A stretch of 63,773 bases of DNA, filler included, from Sphacelaria rigidula (Eukaryota), in assembly GCA_964200075.2 (NCBI GenBank). It is 9 parts of 9 records of this genome, joined end to end, with 100 filler letters (N's around TTAATTAATTAA, not from the genome) between each part and the next. Parts side by side here need not be neighbours in the genome. Positions count along the whole stretch, not along the records: positions 21,293 to 28,289 come from CAXNAA020017033.1; positions 28,390 to 35,386 come from CAXNAA020017034.1; positions 35,487 to 42,483 come from CAXNAA020017035.1; 6 more parts are not named here. The stretch is one strand, 5' to 3'. A program made the translations under genes and the position numbers. The notes under the pieces are model-generated. The model was not told where the DNA came from, made no database searches, and saw only the letters and a list, made by a program, of their open reading frames with translations. Positions 23,984 through 35,645 of this stretch are shown here, in pieces. Within the stretch, counting starts at the first letter, position 1, and each line of letters begins with the position of its first letter.

Positions 23984-24296
23984 AACAACGTTTTCGTGAG
24001 ATTGATAATCCAGGGTACGATTGAGAGCGAGGAGCGGTCACTTTATGAATGAAATAATTTCAGTTCCGAAATGCTCCTCCCGGACTTATGTGCCGCCCGA
24101 TACGTTTTCTGTAGTGGCTTAAAACTGAAGCCTTTGATGTCCCTGCATGAGTAAGATATCGACGTGTAGCTGTTGACACACTACAGCATTACAGGCAAAA
24201 AAAGCGCACACAAGATGAAGAATAGGTGAAGTTAGAGCGAATGCTGTGACTCACTCTCAGTCGACGCTAGACTCTCAATCTCACGGAATCATTGTT
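23984..24296. mobile_element. ~300-bp MITE (TIR AACAxyGTTTTCGTGAGATTGA); copies at 47725-48026, 58796-59094 and partial 25738-25800
   Basis: Inverted termini and a homologous body (GATATCGACGTGTAGCTG) in three contigs. Confidence 0.85.
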
Positions 24297-24329
24297 GAAT
24301 CTCATGACACCACCCCACCATCATATCAC

Positions 24330-25730
24330 TGGCCTGGTCCGGCGAAAACCCGGCGTGCTCCCTCTTGGCTCCGTAGGGATGCGAGGTCAATGACCACATG
24401 ACTACGGCATGCAAGATCATCAGTACACCCCATCATATCACGGCGCTTTGCGCTTGGTGATTATGAGTCTGGTCCAACGAAAACCCGGCGTGCCCCGTCC
24501 CGTCGTGGTAAGGATGCGAGATCAATCGTCCAATGACTACGGCGTGCGAGATCATGGGTACACCCCCCATCAATGTTTTCGGGCAAACTACGGATTCCTT
24601 ACCGTTGTCCCCATGGCGAATGCGGATTTATCACCGCCCAAGCAGCGCCCAGGGAATCATGGATAATTATTCGGGGCAAAACACGACTTTGTCGTGGCCC
24701 TAGCAGTGTCCGAGCATGCACGACTGTTTTGCTTGATGAATAAGTTCGTAACTATGATACGGCATCCATAACCGCCCCTCCCCCCTCCCCCATTCACCCT
24801 CTTCTATTTTGAGGGTTGGCATCGGTTGGCAACGACGCTGTAAAAACACGCCACTTATGGCGTATGCTCGGCAACCAGGTTACCGGCTTTTTTTCGCTCG
24901 CGTTTTTTTTGCGGTTATCATGATGATGGTCAAGCCAATTCATATTGCGCGGCGTAGAGAACCTCAACTTCGCGCAAAGGGGAAGCTCGTACTACGCAGT
25001 CTTTAAATGGCGATACACCCATGGAGCAGTGTAACCCGCGACTGTCTCTGGAAGTGGCGATACCAGAGAAAGGAGCAACTCATTCGAGGTTGTCATCTCT
25101 ATGCAAGACAATTAGTGCGCTTCGACACGAACGATCTTAGCAGATACAGGCCAATTCTCATGCGACTCGCCGAGCGCATCACGGTGCTCCGTGCTTGGTG
25201 ACTACGAGCCTGATCCGGCGAAAATCCAGCGTGCTCCGTCCCGGCTTTATAGGGATGCGAGGCCAATGGTCTTATGATTATGGCATGCATGATCATGAGT
25301 ACACTCCCCTCCCCCCTCACACTTTTTCGGGTTGGCGTTGGTTGGCAACCACGGTGTACTGCCGTCACTCACTCACTGCCTATGCTAGGCAACCAGGCCA
25401 TCAGTTTTTCGCCTGCTTTTTCTTGTGTTAACCATGATAGTGGTCGAGCTGGATCATATTGTGCGGGGTGAAGAACTTCAACTTTGCGCAAAGGGGATGG
25501 TCGCATCACGTAGTGTTTATATGGTGAGGAACCCGTGAGGCAGTGTGTAACCCGTGGCCACCCTGGAAGCAGCAATATCCGAAAATGACGCAAGGCATTC
25601 GAGGCGCTCATCTATATGCTACTCGTAGATAACCGGCACGCTTTGGACCAAACAATCTGAGGAGGATGCAGCTCACTCTTCATCATGCAACTCAAAGAAC
25701 ACATCACAGTGCTTCGTGCTTGGTGATCGA
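24330..25730 (+). mobile_element. Cluster of four SINE-type retroposon copies (24330-24429, ~24445-24568, 24812-25315, 25329-~25727)
   Basis: Three copies share the 3' tail ...GATCATGAGTACACCCC. Two start at the same GGGTTGGC 5' end. A 12-bp TSD CCATCATATCAC flanks the first copy. Confidence 0.8.
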
Positions 25731-26108
25731 TTGCGAGCAACAGTGGTTTCGTGAGATTGAGAGTTGAAGATATGATTGAGAGCGACCAATTTATTCTAAC
25801 GGCGGTCACATGCACCTATAAAATCGTTTTAGCCTTGATGAAGTTCTGATAAACAAAATGGTTTGGGGCAGGTGAGCAGTGGACCCAGCTCGTCCAGAAC
25901 GTGTTTTTGTCGAAATCAGCGCCTGCCGCGACGATTTGAAGCCTGCCAACGCACAGTTTCCGTAGGGGAATCTATGCACCCTCCTCGCCCACGGGTCTCG
26001 TGCGCCTTGGGTTGGGGTTAGCGTTAGCGTTAGTGTAAGTGCTAGCTTGTAACATTCCATGATGATCCCCATCAACCATTATCTACGAACATTTGTTCAG
26101 GTCCTCTC

Positions 26109-26208
26109 CCTTAGACCGCGAGGGTAGGTCACCTGCTGAATCGGCATCAATTTTCACTTCAAAACGTATGCGTGATCCAGATGGACTACCCGCACCGCGG
26201 TCTAAGGG
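26109..26208. mobile_element. 100-bp MITE-like element
   Basis: TIR CCCTTAGACCGCG / CGCGGTCTAAGGG. Confidence 0.6.
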
Positions 26209-26209
26209 T

Positions 26210-27150
26210 TGGCCGTCGTTAGGTTACGTTTCGGAATGGCTGACACAACTTTACGAGTACCGCTGTCCCTAATCCTAACCCAACCCAACGCACACCGAGA
26301 ACCCTCGGGCGAACGCGGAACATACATTCCCTCGGCAAAGTGCGGCCTTGTTAGACCCCAAATCGGCGCGTGTGGCGCCGATTTGAACAAAAAACGCGTT
26401 CTGTGCGCACGCGAGGAGCACGCGGGACTGTCAGCCCCACCAACATTCCGCTTCTCGTTGTTCACATTCGAATCGAGAAAAAACAACCATTCTGAAACAT
26501 AGCCCAACGCCGGTAAACTCTGCTGGAATCAATTGTCATCATATTCAACAAACCACATGGCAACGAAATGCGCACGGTCGGCGGTTTGTGTAGGCCAAGC
26601 CCTCCATCGAGGAGGGGGCATGGATGGAATATAAATGGAGTTGTACTGCTACATGCGAAAACAAAGTGGGACCCCATGTCCCACGCTTCAAGTACGGGAG
26701 GAATGAACGAGGAGCAGTAGTATAGACGGGGTTTGTTAACCATCGTCGTTCACACTCACATCGAGTGATATCGACTATTCCAAAACGTAGCCCAACGCCG
26801 GTGAACTCTACTGCAGTGCATTGGAGTTTACCGGCGTTGGGCTACGTTATAGAATAGTCGATATCACTCGATGTGAGTGTGAACAATGAAAAGCGGAATT
26901 CTAGTGGGGCTGACAGTCCAGTGTGCTCCTCGCGTGCGTACAGAACGCATTTTTGTTCAAATCGGCGCCACAGGCGCCGATTTGGGGTCCACCAAGGCCG
27001 CACTTTGCTGAGGGAATGTATGTTGCGCCCTTACCCGAGGGATCTCGGTGTGCGTTGGGTTGGGGTTAGGGTTAGGGTTAAGGGTAAGGGTAGCGATGCT
27101 TGTAAAGTTGTGTCAACCATTCTACAACGTAGCCGAATAATGGAAAACTA
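26210..27150. mobile_element. Cluster of GAGTTTACCGGCG-family MITEs forming a head-to-head palindrome at ~26749-26884
   Basis: Copies at 26210-26520 and 26824-27150 (opposite orientation) plus a solo end at ~26749-26808; internal GGTTAGGGTTAGGGTTAAGGG. Confidence 0.8.
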
Positions 27151-27640
27151 GCCTCCGTCGTTCGGCCGCCTCGTTGATGATCGGAAGTGGCATCCCAGCC
27201 TATGTTCCCAATGATGATGCAAGGCTTATGCCACCTGACTACGAACCTTTTACGTGCTCTAGTTGGAATCAGAGATTTTGATATGGTCAACGTAATCGTA
27301 GTAAACATTTTTTGAACAAATCAACCATGCGTTATCGACAGCAGCCCAATACGTGGAATCGTAAAACCCCAATGTCATGACGAAGTTATGCCGATTATCA
27401 TGTACAATGAGAGGGTACCCTACCGGTCGGATACCATTCTCAAGAATCGAACGCTCACTGTCGTCAGTTTTTCCTTTTATAGAAGCATATTTTGCGCTCC
27501 GGGCCCCAACGATTGTATTTTCATTGGTTCCGATTATTTTCCCAGCTGTCGTTGGGCTATATATTATTATAAAATGGTTGCACACACAAAGGGCATGTTG
27601 TTGCCAGGTGGCTGGCGCAGGTGTGCGATGGTCGTGAGCA

Positions 27641-27890
27641 GACACGTTCTACGATAGCCCCCCCCCAAAACCAGCCCAAAAGTGTCACGAAACAAATGAC
27701 GATACAGCGCCTGATGTTTGGTTTCAGGTCGCCTGAAGCGCCCCATATTGGCGACATTGGCTAGAGCGAACCCAAGCGTGGGAATTCTCCGCTGGCTCGT
27801 TGTGTTCGGCTTTTCCCATTTCGATTTACGTGGAGATTTTGCCCACCAAATCCATGCACTTTTTGGGGGGGGGCTACCGTAGAAAGTGTC
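27641..27890. mobile_element. ~250-bp MITE with 4-bp TSD (Sola-like by TSD length)
   Basis: TIR GACACGTTCTACGATAGCCC / GGGCTACCGTAGAAAGTGTC; TSD AGCA; second copy at 51848-52108. Confidence 0.85.
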
Positions 27891-30231
27891 AGCATTATTT
27901 CGAATCTCAGGCCAAGGAAAGATTAGAGCCAAAACTTAACGATTAGGACCTACGTTACAGACTGCGAAGATGTCAGTAGTCTCATGTGATAACGCACTCG
28001 AACTACTGTGACCCACGACGTGTTGTGTTATTTCTCGACATGAAAAGGCAAGACATCACACGCGAGTCGTCAACCGGCGCATTTAGCCTTGATACTCTTT
28101 CGTCTCGGGCTCGTGAACCCCATTTTAGGGGCATCTGCTGACAATTGATTCCAGCAGAGTTTACCGGCGTTGGGCTACGTTTCAGAATGGTTGTTTTTTC
28201 TCGATTCGAATGTGAACAACGAGAAGCGGAATGTTGGTGGGGCTGACAGTCCCGCGTGCTCCTCGCGTGCGCACAGAACGCGTTTTTTGNNNNNNNNNNN
28301 NNNNNNNNNNNNNNNNNNNNNNNNNNNNNNNNNTTAATTAATTAANNNNNNNNNNNNNNNNNNNNNNNNNNNNNNNNNNNNNNNNNNNNAAAGAAAAGAC
28401 AAAAAAAAAAAAAAAAAGGGGGGGGGGGGGGGGGGGGAGAGGGTATAATAGCAGGTGGCGGTGAGTTGTCCCACCTCGTTCTCGGAAAAAAAAAGGGGCC
28501 CTCCTGCGCAGCCCTTGTTACCAGCGGCACTATTTTGCCCGTAGGCAAGCCCCAAAGTTCGTGAAAGTCGACTACCTTACTTTGCCCAGGTCGTGGTTGA
28601 CTTACCTTCGCATCAAGAGAGCTATACTACGATAGGGAGGACGGGTTGTTTGCTTCACGAACAAATAGGCCCATAGGTGCGTCAGAGTACCCAACACACT
28701 CACAGCGCGCTTTTATTTGGGTAAAAACGGTGACAAGCAGTATGAGTGAGCGTTATTTATCGGTAGCAAGCGCTCTTGAACAACCGTTGCTGCTTCCAAC
28801 CGATTTGGGGTGGAATTTGGTGGAAACAATGGCCCAAAGTACTTCCCTCCCCCTGTCGTAGCTGACACGATTGGCTTTAGATCGATTTCAGAGGAGCACG
28901 GACAGAGCCTGTACCCGTGTTTTACCACTACCCCCTTTTGACTGAAAAGGATGTGGGTCGATGCGCACTTTTTTTTTCCTTCGCGACTCACTCTTCTGGA
29001 GATTAACTCTTTGACCACCAGGGTTCACAATCTGGGTCATTACGCAGTAACTATTCCGGTGAAAATACTCGAGCTTCCCGGTACATTCGACGATAATTTA
29101 ACGTTAACTTTACCGGAAACCTTGGGTTTGAGATACATCCAATCGTCTTCGATAAGAACCCGCCTAGGCACATCTGGGTGGTTACTGTTTTTGCTTCCAA
29201 CACATTATTGTCGAAAATGAGTATAAACATTAGAATGAGTTCCAACTCCTAAACAATGTTTTTCCTGCCCTAGAGTCGTGACAAATGACTGTCACATGAA
29301 CGACCCCATGCCCCCCAAGCTCCATGAAACTATTTTTGGGGGTTTTCCGTCTTCCGTTTCCCCAAAGGGTATGTTCGAAAGCGCCTCTTTGCCCCAATTT
29401 CGGGGTGAAAAAAGGGACGACTTTAGCCCGGAAATGGTGCTTTCGCACATACCCTTTAGGGGAACGTAGGACGGGAAACCCGCAAAAATAGTCTTGGGAT
29501 GATCGGGGGGCATGAGGTCGTCTATATTCAAGCCAGTCGCCCTGACTCAAAGTCAGGGAAAGCACTAGTTTTGGAGTTGAAACTCATTCTAATGTTCAAC
29601 CTCATTTTTCGAAGATAATCTGCTTTCTACTGAGCAATACCTTTTGTTGTTCACAATGGCCGATCCTTGACACTCTCGTATCTTTTGTAGACAACTTATA
29701 TACATATATATATTGTAGAGGGGGTAGAGGGAGATGAGTACTTTAACGTCGTTTGCGTATGCAAAACCTCGTTGACCACAGTCCCCTGAAGTGACCAAAT
29801 ACGATAGGGGCGCCGTTCTCCCTCGCCCGCGTTTCCATCGAGTCAAAAATGCGCAGCACTTCAGCAAATGGAGCGTCGCATATAGCAATAAAGGGTGCAT
29901 GTAGCAATAAATGGCGCATGTAGCAATAAATGGCGGCTGCTCGTTACAAAAGCGGTCAACGTTTTGTTTGCCGACAGCATCTGCCAAAACTGATTATATG
30001 GAATCGAGGAGACGACTATAGACCAGAACAGGTGTGTACATTTTTCGTGAATTTTACATGGAGAACATGCAAGAAAATTGAACATACTTTATCGTGCGAC
30101 AACGCTGTCCAGGTGATCGTGTACAGACTTCTCGACACTCCCACCAATGCAGAACCACTCGACTTGCCGGTGCAGCCATGGGCCCCTACTTAGTAGTACG
30201 GGTATATCGTCAACTCGTATCTGGTGCTCGC

Positions 30232-33200
30232 CTGCTGAAAGTTTCCCAGAACGCGAAAACCACTGACGGAGACTAGCACATCTCCCACGCACAACCCCGC
30301 CTCCTCTGCGGCGTTGAGGCGCCCATCTGGTAGCGGTCGGAATCCGTAGATGATCGCCTTTTTTTGCCGCGCAGGGGTAAAATCATGCAGCCATGCGCGG
30401 GCAATTCGTGCGTGTATGTAGGGGAAGGTAGTTGGAGGAAGGGAGTCAACGAGGTAGCGCGGGGAGAACACCTGGGTAAGTGATGACGAAAATATCTGCT
30501 TGGACAAGAGCCTTTACATTCGTTCGTCTTCAAGGCGTGATGGACGAATATCATTCGACACGCCCGCCCGGTCTCATATTTTGATCAGCAAGCAAGTCCC
30601 TTTTTTCGTGCACGGGCGGATGCCGTGGGAAACGAGATGCTTGTTGTGCCAGGTGGCGAGATGATGCGCGGGCGAAGCAATGCGCCGTGAATGAGTGATC
30701 TTACGACAGGGAGGAGGGGTTTTATTGTGAGCCAATTTTTCACGAATAGACCACTTTAAAACGTCGCTTCCGTATGAGTGCTTTTTAATATCAATATCAC
30801 GTTCCGTTTCACATCACTTGACACCGTTTTCACCCATGTAGAAGGACGTTACTAATGTAGTATAGTGCGTGAGGTCAAAGACACCCGTGACCCCACCCTT
30901 TGATGCGATCAAACCCCTCTTCCCCCGCCATATGGTCTCATGACTATGGCATGCAAGATAATGAGTACATCCCCCTATCTTAGGATAAGTCAGCTGTGGA
31001 ACGTCGGCGTAGAAATGGCGCCCCGTTGAAAGTCTCAACTCAACATGCGACATGAAGACAAGAAGTCGGGGAAAATCTCTGATACTGATAAACCAAACGG
31101 CATATAGAAGTATGTTGAATTTCTCGTCAGTGGCCCTTCAATGCCCCCTTCAGCCGAGATATATCTTGTGCTGGTGGCACTTCTACGCTGTACTTGTACT
31201 GCGACTTCAGCACGAAGTACTCACAATGCCATCGTCGTCGGCGATCTGGACCCCAAGATTCGTTCCTGGCAAAGTCTTCAACTCGAGTCGGACGTCCATA
31301 TCGGGACCTATAAGACGGGAATATTCGGCGTTGGGCAAGGTTCAGCAGGAATACCCACGTGACAGTAACAAGACCTTCGCTGCATGGGCATCTGTACAAC
31401 TTGATTCAAAAACTCTTAGCAAAAGCATCAGTTCGAGAGAGGAAATCGAAACAGCTCGAACTCGTCAGATGCGAGTCGTCTCACGGGAAAATTCAACGGC
31501 GTCTCCCTCGTCCGCCGCTGCCCTTGCCTCTGCAGCTGCTAACGCTGCCCCCGTGACTCTTTGTCGTCTCTGATCCGCAATCCTGCTACCCCTGTTCCTG
31601 CCAACCCCCCCCATCTTTCCCCCGCGTCCTGTCCCAAACTCGTGACTGCCCCCATTCCTTCGTGCAAAGACCCAGCCTCCTCGAGAGACGCTGATGTTCT
31701 TGTATGCTGGAATGTTGGGTGCAGGATCGTTCACCTCGCTGCTACGACACACCCTGTCGTGGCCAACGTGAGTGGCGTCCATGTTCGCAGCAGCAGCAGC
31801 AGCAGCAGCAGCGGTCACATCCTGCTGCTTGTTTCCGCCGTTCTTACCGTTGGTAATACCTCGACTGCTGCAGCCCCGTTCGAGGATCCCTACCGGAACA
31901 CCGGCTAGTTGTGGCACCGCCACCTGTGCCGTCTTTGAACGACTGGCGCTACTACCGGTGGCTGTATTTGTTTGGCTGCTGGTAGTAACATTCTTTTGTA
32001 TCCATGACGATAATGCACAATCGTTCAAGGACTTGCCGCAGCGCTGGATGAGCCTCGGCGGCGGGTGAGGTGGGGACGTCGTCGGAGATTCGGCTGCGAC
32101 CTCATTACTAGGAGCAGCGCTTCCAGTGCGTCCGAGCAGGGGCTCTATCGCTTTCGGCAAATCGCCAGAGTCAAGAGAACTTGTCGAGGAAGCGTGCCGC
32201 GAAATAGATTGCCTGCTATTGGTGCTGACACGAGTGGCTGCACTCGCGCTGCAGCCGAGAGGATCAACAGAGGATCTCTTTTCGTCCATCCCCGTCTCCG
32301 CCTCCGGTACCACTGCCACTTCCGCCGATGGAATCGACGCTACCGCTGCTACATTTTTCGCCGAACGCGTTGTCACCAACCTTGTGGTTCCCACTGTAGC
32401 CACCTTGTTGATAGATGGGATCGCCGACTGCTCTACTATCTCACCGGCCGATGACAATACTGATTCTAAAATTGGTGGTGATGCTGAAGCTGGTACTGCT
32501 GCTGCTGATGATGATGTAGGTTCGTCGACCACAACTTGCGGCCCACAGACAACCGTGTTCGCGTGGGCCGAGTCTCGATTCGATAGTGGTGTTTGCTTGC
32601 TCTGCTCTACAACTACCGGGTCTACACTCGGATGAGGTGGCGCAGGCCTCACGGCAGTCACCTCTGTTGCGATACGATTGGTCTTCGGCGCTGACGTTCG
32701 TTGTCGTGATACTTCTGTTTGGCGTGTAGGGGGCGCAGGTGGAAGGGGCGACATTCGGTGCCACTTCGTTTTGGGCGGAACCACGGGATATCGGACATGG
32801 CCGCTGCCCATCGTCCGGCATCCGATAGAAAAGGTTATCGCCGGCGTAGAACTGACGAGCGGGGAACGGCAACCCTCGATCTGTTCCTGAGTACTGGCGA
32901 TACTCCCGGGGCCACACGCATCACCGTCTCGAACAAATAACTCAGTAGAAGGTGGAGATGCACACCTGGGGACGCATGCTCCCATTGCTTTGTCTCCCAC
33001 TTGTTTCGTCTGAGACAAGCCCGGATCCCACCTAGGGGCGCGTCGTGCCTCACGATTGTGTCCAAGCAGCACAGATCGGCTGCCACTGACTACGTTGGTC
33101 GACTCGATCGTATTCTCGCCCGCGATATTCTGCTGGTCCATGGTGTAGGCTCCTTCGATGCACCATGGAGTGGCCGGGGTGACCGGCGGCGGCGGCGGTG

Positions 33201-34232
33201 GCACGACGGATGGTAGAGGCACGCGCGAAGCCAAACGACGTCGCTGTAATAGTTTGTGGGATGTTTTGGGTCGTAAAATCTTACTCCGGGCGTTCATCAT
33301 TCCGGCAACTACCTTTTGTTTCTTTGTGGCTGTTGGAAGTGGAGAGGGCGGGCCCGAGGATCCTGATCTCGACGAAGCGTGCTCAGCTGTAGTGGTCGTG
33401 CTGGCACTACTGCTTCCGCCGCTCCCATCGCGGGTAGCGCCACTGCTAGCCGTGGAGGGGGGAGGAGAAGAAGAGCGCCTGATGGATGCTGACGGTGACG
33501 GGGACAGCGGTGGCGCTGGTGTTCCTCCTTCAGACAGTGGACAAGGGAAACCATTGCTCGTAGCCCCTGCGGCTACTTGTGGGACAGACGGCGAGGGTGG
33601 CGGAAGACACAGCTTCGGTAGGCCTTCCGCGGCAGCGGTGTTGGCAGTGTGGTCGGGCCCGGTTAGAGTGACCTCGGTCGCCGACACGATCCCGTTAAGC
33701 TGCAGTGTGATAAATAATGGCATGCAATAGACGAAAAGGGGGGGGGTTAGGAAGGGGGCGCTCTTGTGTGAATCGGCGCTTGGCGAGGCCCCTCGTTAGT
33801 GGTGAACTTTTTGTTTCTCCGCGTCATCTTGTGTTGAGTTTTATTTTCGTAAGTACACATAAACATGTCGATTTACTTCCACCCACACCGTAGTCATACG
33901 CGGTGATACGTGGGCCTGTACCGGCGACTGTTGTATTTCGCCCACTTCACTGACAACATACTTCTGGCACCAGTTTCTGGGTACGGCTGCCATCGGCTCG
34001 CGTGTGCGGCGATTAGCCCATACGCACCCACCTGTTGTACCCAGCGGTGTTTAAACTTGCGGAACGCCTCGGTGTTTTGGAACTTCACATATGAATCTCG
34101 CTGAAGGAGAACCGAAACCTCGACAAAGGCCTCGTTGAACAGGTCGGCCGGCGGCATGGGCTCCGCGTCCGCGTCTCCTTCTTCTGCCTGCCTTCGCAAT
34201 ATGGTCTCCCTGACTTTCTCGCTCAAGTTAAC
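30232..34232 (-). CDS. RGS-domain + long disordered linker + PDZ-domain protein, partial (exons 34232-34032, 33699-31485, 31307-31225, 30357-30232)
   Basis: RGS C-terminal helices VNLSEKVRETI...PPADLFNEAFVEVSVLLQRDSYVKFQNTEAFRKF. PDZ: VRLELKTLPGTNLGVQIADDDGI|AIIYGFRPLPDGRLNAAEEAGLCVGDVLVSVSG. Splice phases 0, 1, 0 are compatible. Confidence 0.8.
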
Positions 34233-35252
34233 CTTTGCAGACAAACCGCAGGCCGGAACGGAAGGGGTGGAGCACGACACTTTGATCCGCATGGCCGACA
34301 TGGTCGGCTGCAGTCAGTACTTGAGTGAGCGGTGTATGCAGCTGCCTAGCTGCTCATTGTGTATCTTCCGATCTCCGCTACCGCGCCTAATGTTGTGGGT
34401 GATAACAATTGGACTCTAGGAGGACGTGAACACATTTCAGTTCCGAAAATGTCTCCTCTTCGGCAGAACCATCGAGTTACACCTTATTTAGCCCTGAAAT
34501 CGACTGCGCTCCGCGAGATGTTCGGAACATTGCTTTTCCTGGCTGATGTATTCGGAGAGGTAGTGGCTATGCAAAAGCTGGCGACATTGAACTACCGGTT
34601 TCTCATGCAACTGCCTCGTAATACCTCGCGTTTTACTTCCCCACCTCGGGTTATTATGTAGCTCACACATCCTATTGCAATGAAGCATATATTTGCAAGC
34701 CAGAAGCCAACGCTTTTACCCTGTGTTTTGTATTCGTAATCTTACTTCCTATTACGACGCTACTACAAAAGAACCATGAACGTACCGTAGTAGTACCGTG
34801 GTACCTTTCATGGGACTTCTATGGGGTTGTCGCGATACCTGATATCAATGGAGGGTCCGCGAGAGGTACATCGCGAACCCACTACACCAGAACCCCTCAT
34901 GGTTACCCTTCTGTGCAGTGTCATTACCATCGTTACCCTCCGATATGACCTAAAACTGCCACTGATGTGTGCGCGTGCGTGAATGTATGTCTTCATATGT
35001 GTGTTCGATGATTCCATGCTCACGGGCAACGTCAAAACACCCGCGAGCTCCTTGGTAACTATACTCTGACCCGCTCCCTACGGTTGTATCTTCACCCTAA
35101 GCCCACATGCACGGAGCTCTCTTGTTCACTGGTAGGGTGTACATGTAGTAATACCATGAGTGTGTCACGGCACTGCCGTAGCACTACCATAGGAAGAGTT
35201 GACCATGGAAACGGCACGAAAGCACAGTGGCATTATCGTGGAAATACCGCTC

Positions 35253-35386
35253 GCCGGTCGCCCCGGCGGCTCAGTTGGTAACCACGAAATCTTCTGAAGA
35301 TTGGGTCGTGGGTTCAAATCTCGGAGCGATCTGGGATTTTTTCTCAGGCAATGCCCAACAGTGGAGAGCGACTATGTCGTGGGGAC
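35253..35386 (+). mobile_element. tRNA-derived SINE 5' head, truncated by contig end
   Basis: A box GGCTCAGTTGGTA (~35268) and B box GGTTCAAATC (35311), followed by the SINE body rather than a tRNA 3' acceptor stem. Confidence 0.75.
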
Positions 35387-35486
35387 NNNNNNNNNNNNNN
35401 NNNNNNNNNNNNNNNNNNNNNNNNNNNNNNTTAATTAATTAANNNNNNNNNNNNNNNNNNNNNNNNNNNNNNNNNNNNNNNNNNNN

Positions 35487-35557
<71 letters not shown>

Positions 35558-35611
35558 CTGTTGTTGCTGTTGCTGTTGCTGTCTGCTGCTACTGTCGTTG
35601 CTGCTGCTGTC

Positions 35612-35644
<33 letters not shown>

Positions 35645-35645
35645 T
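35487..35645. repeat. (GTT)n/(GCT)n microsatellite
   Basis: Direct trinucleotide repeats at the contig start. Confidence 0.95.

Noticed and set aside
28596..29862. Candidate final PDZ exons (VLRIFDSMETRARENGAPIVF at ~29860; IALLMR at ~28625)
   Set aside because: Splice phase with the 30232 donor could not be reconciled, so they were left out of the gene model.
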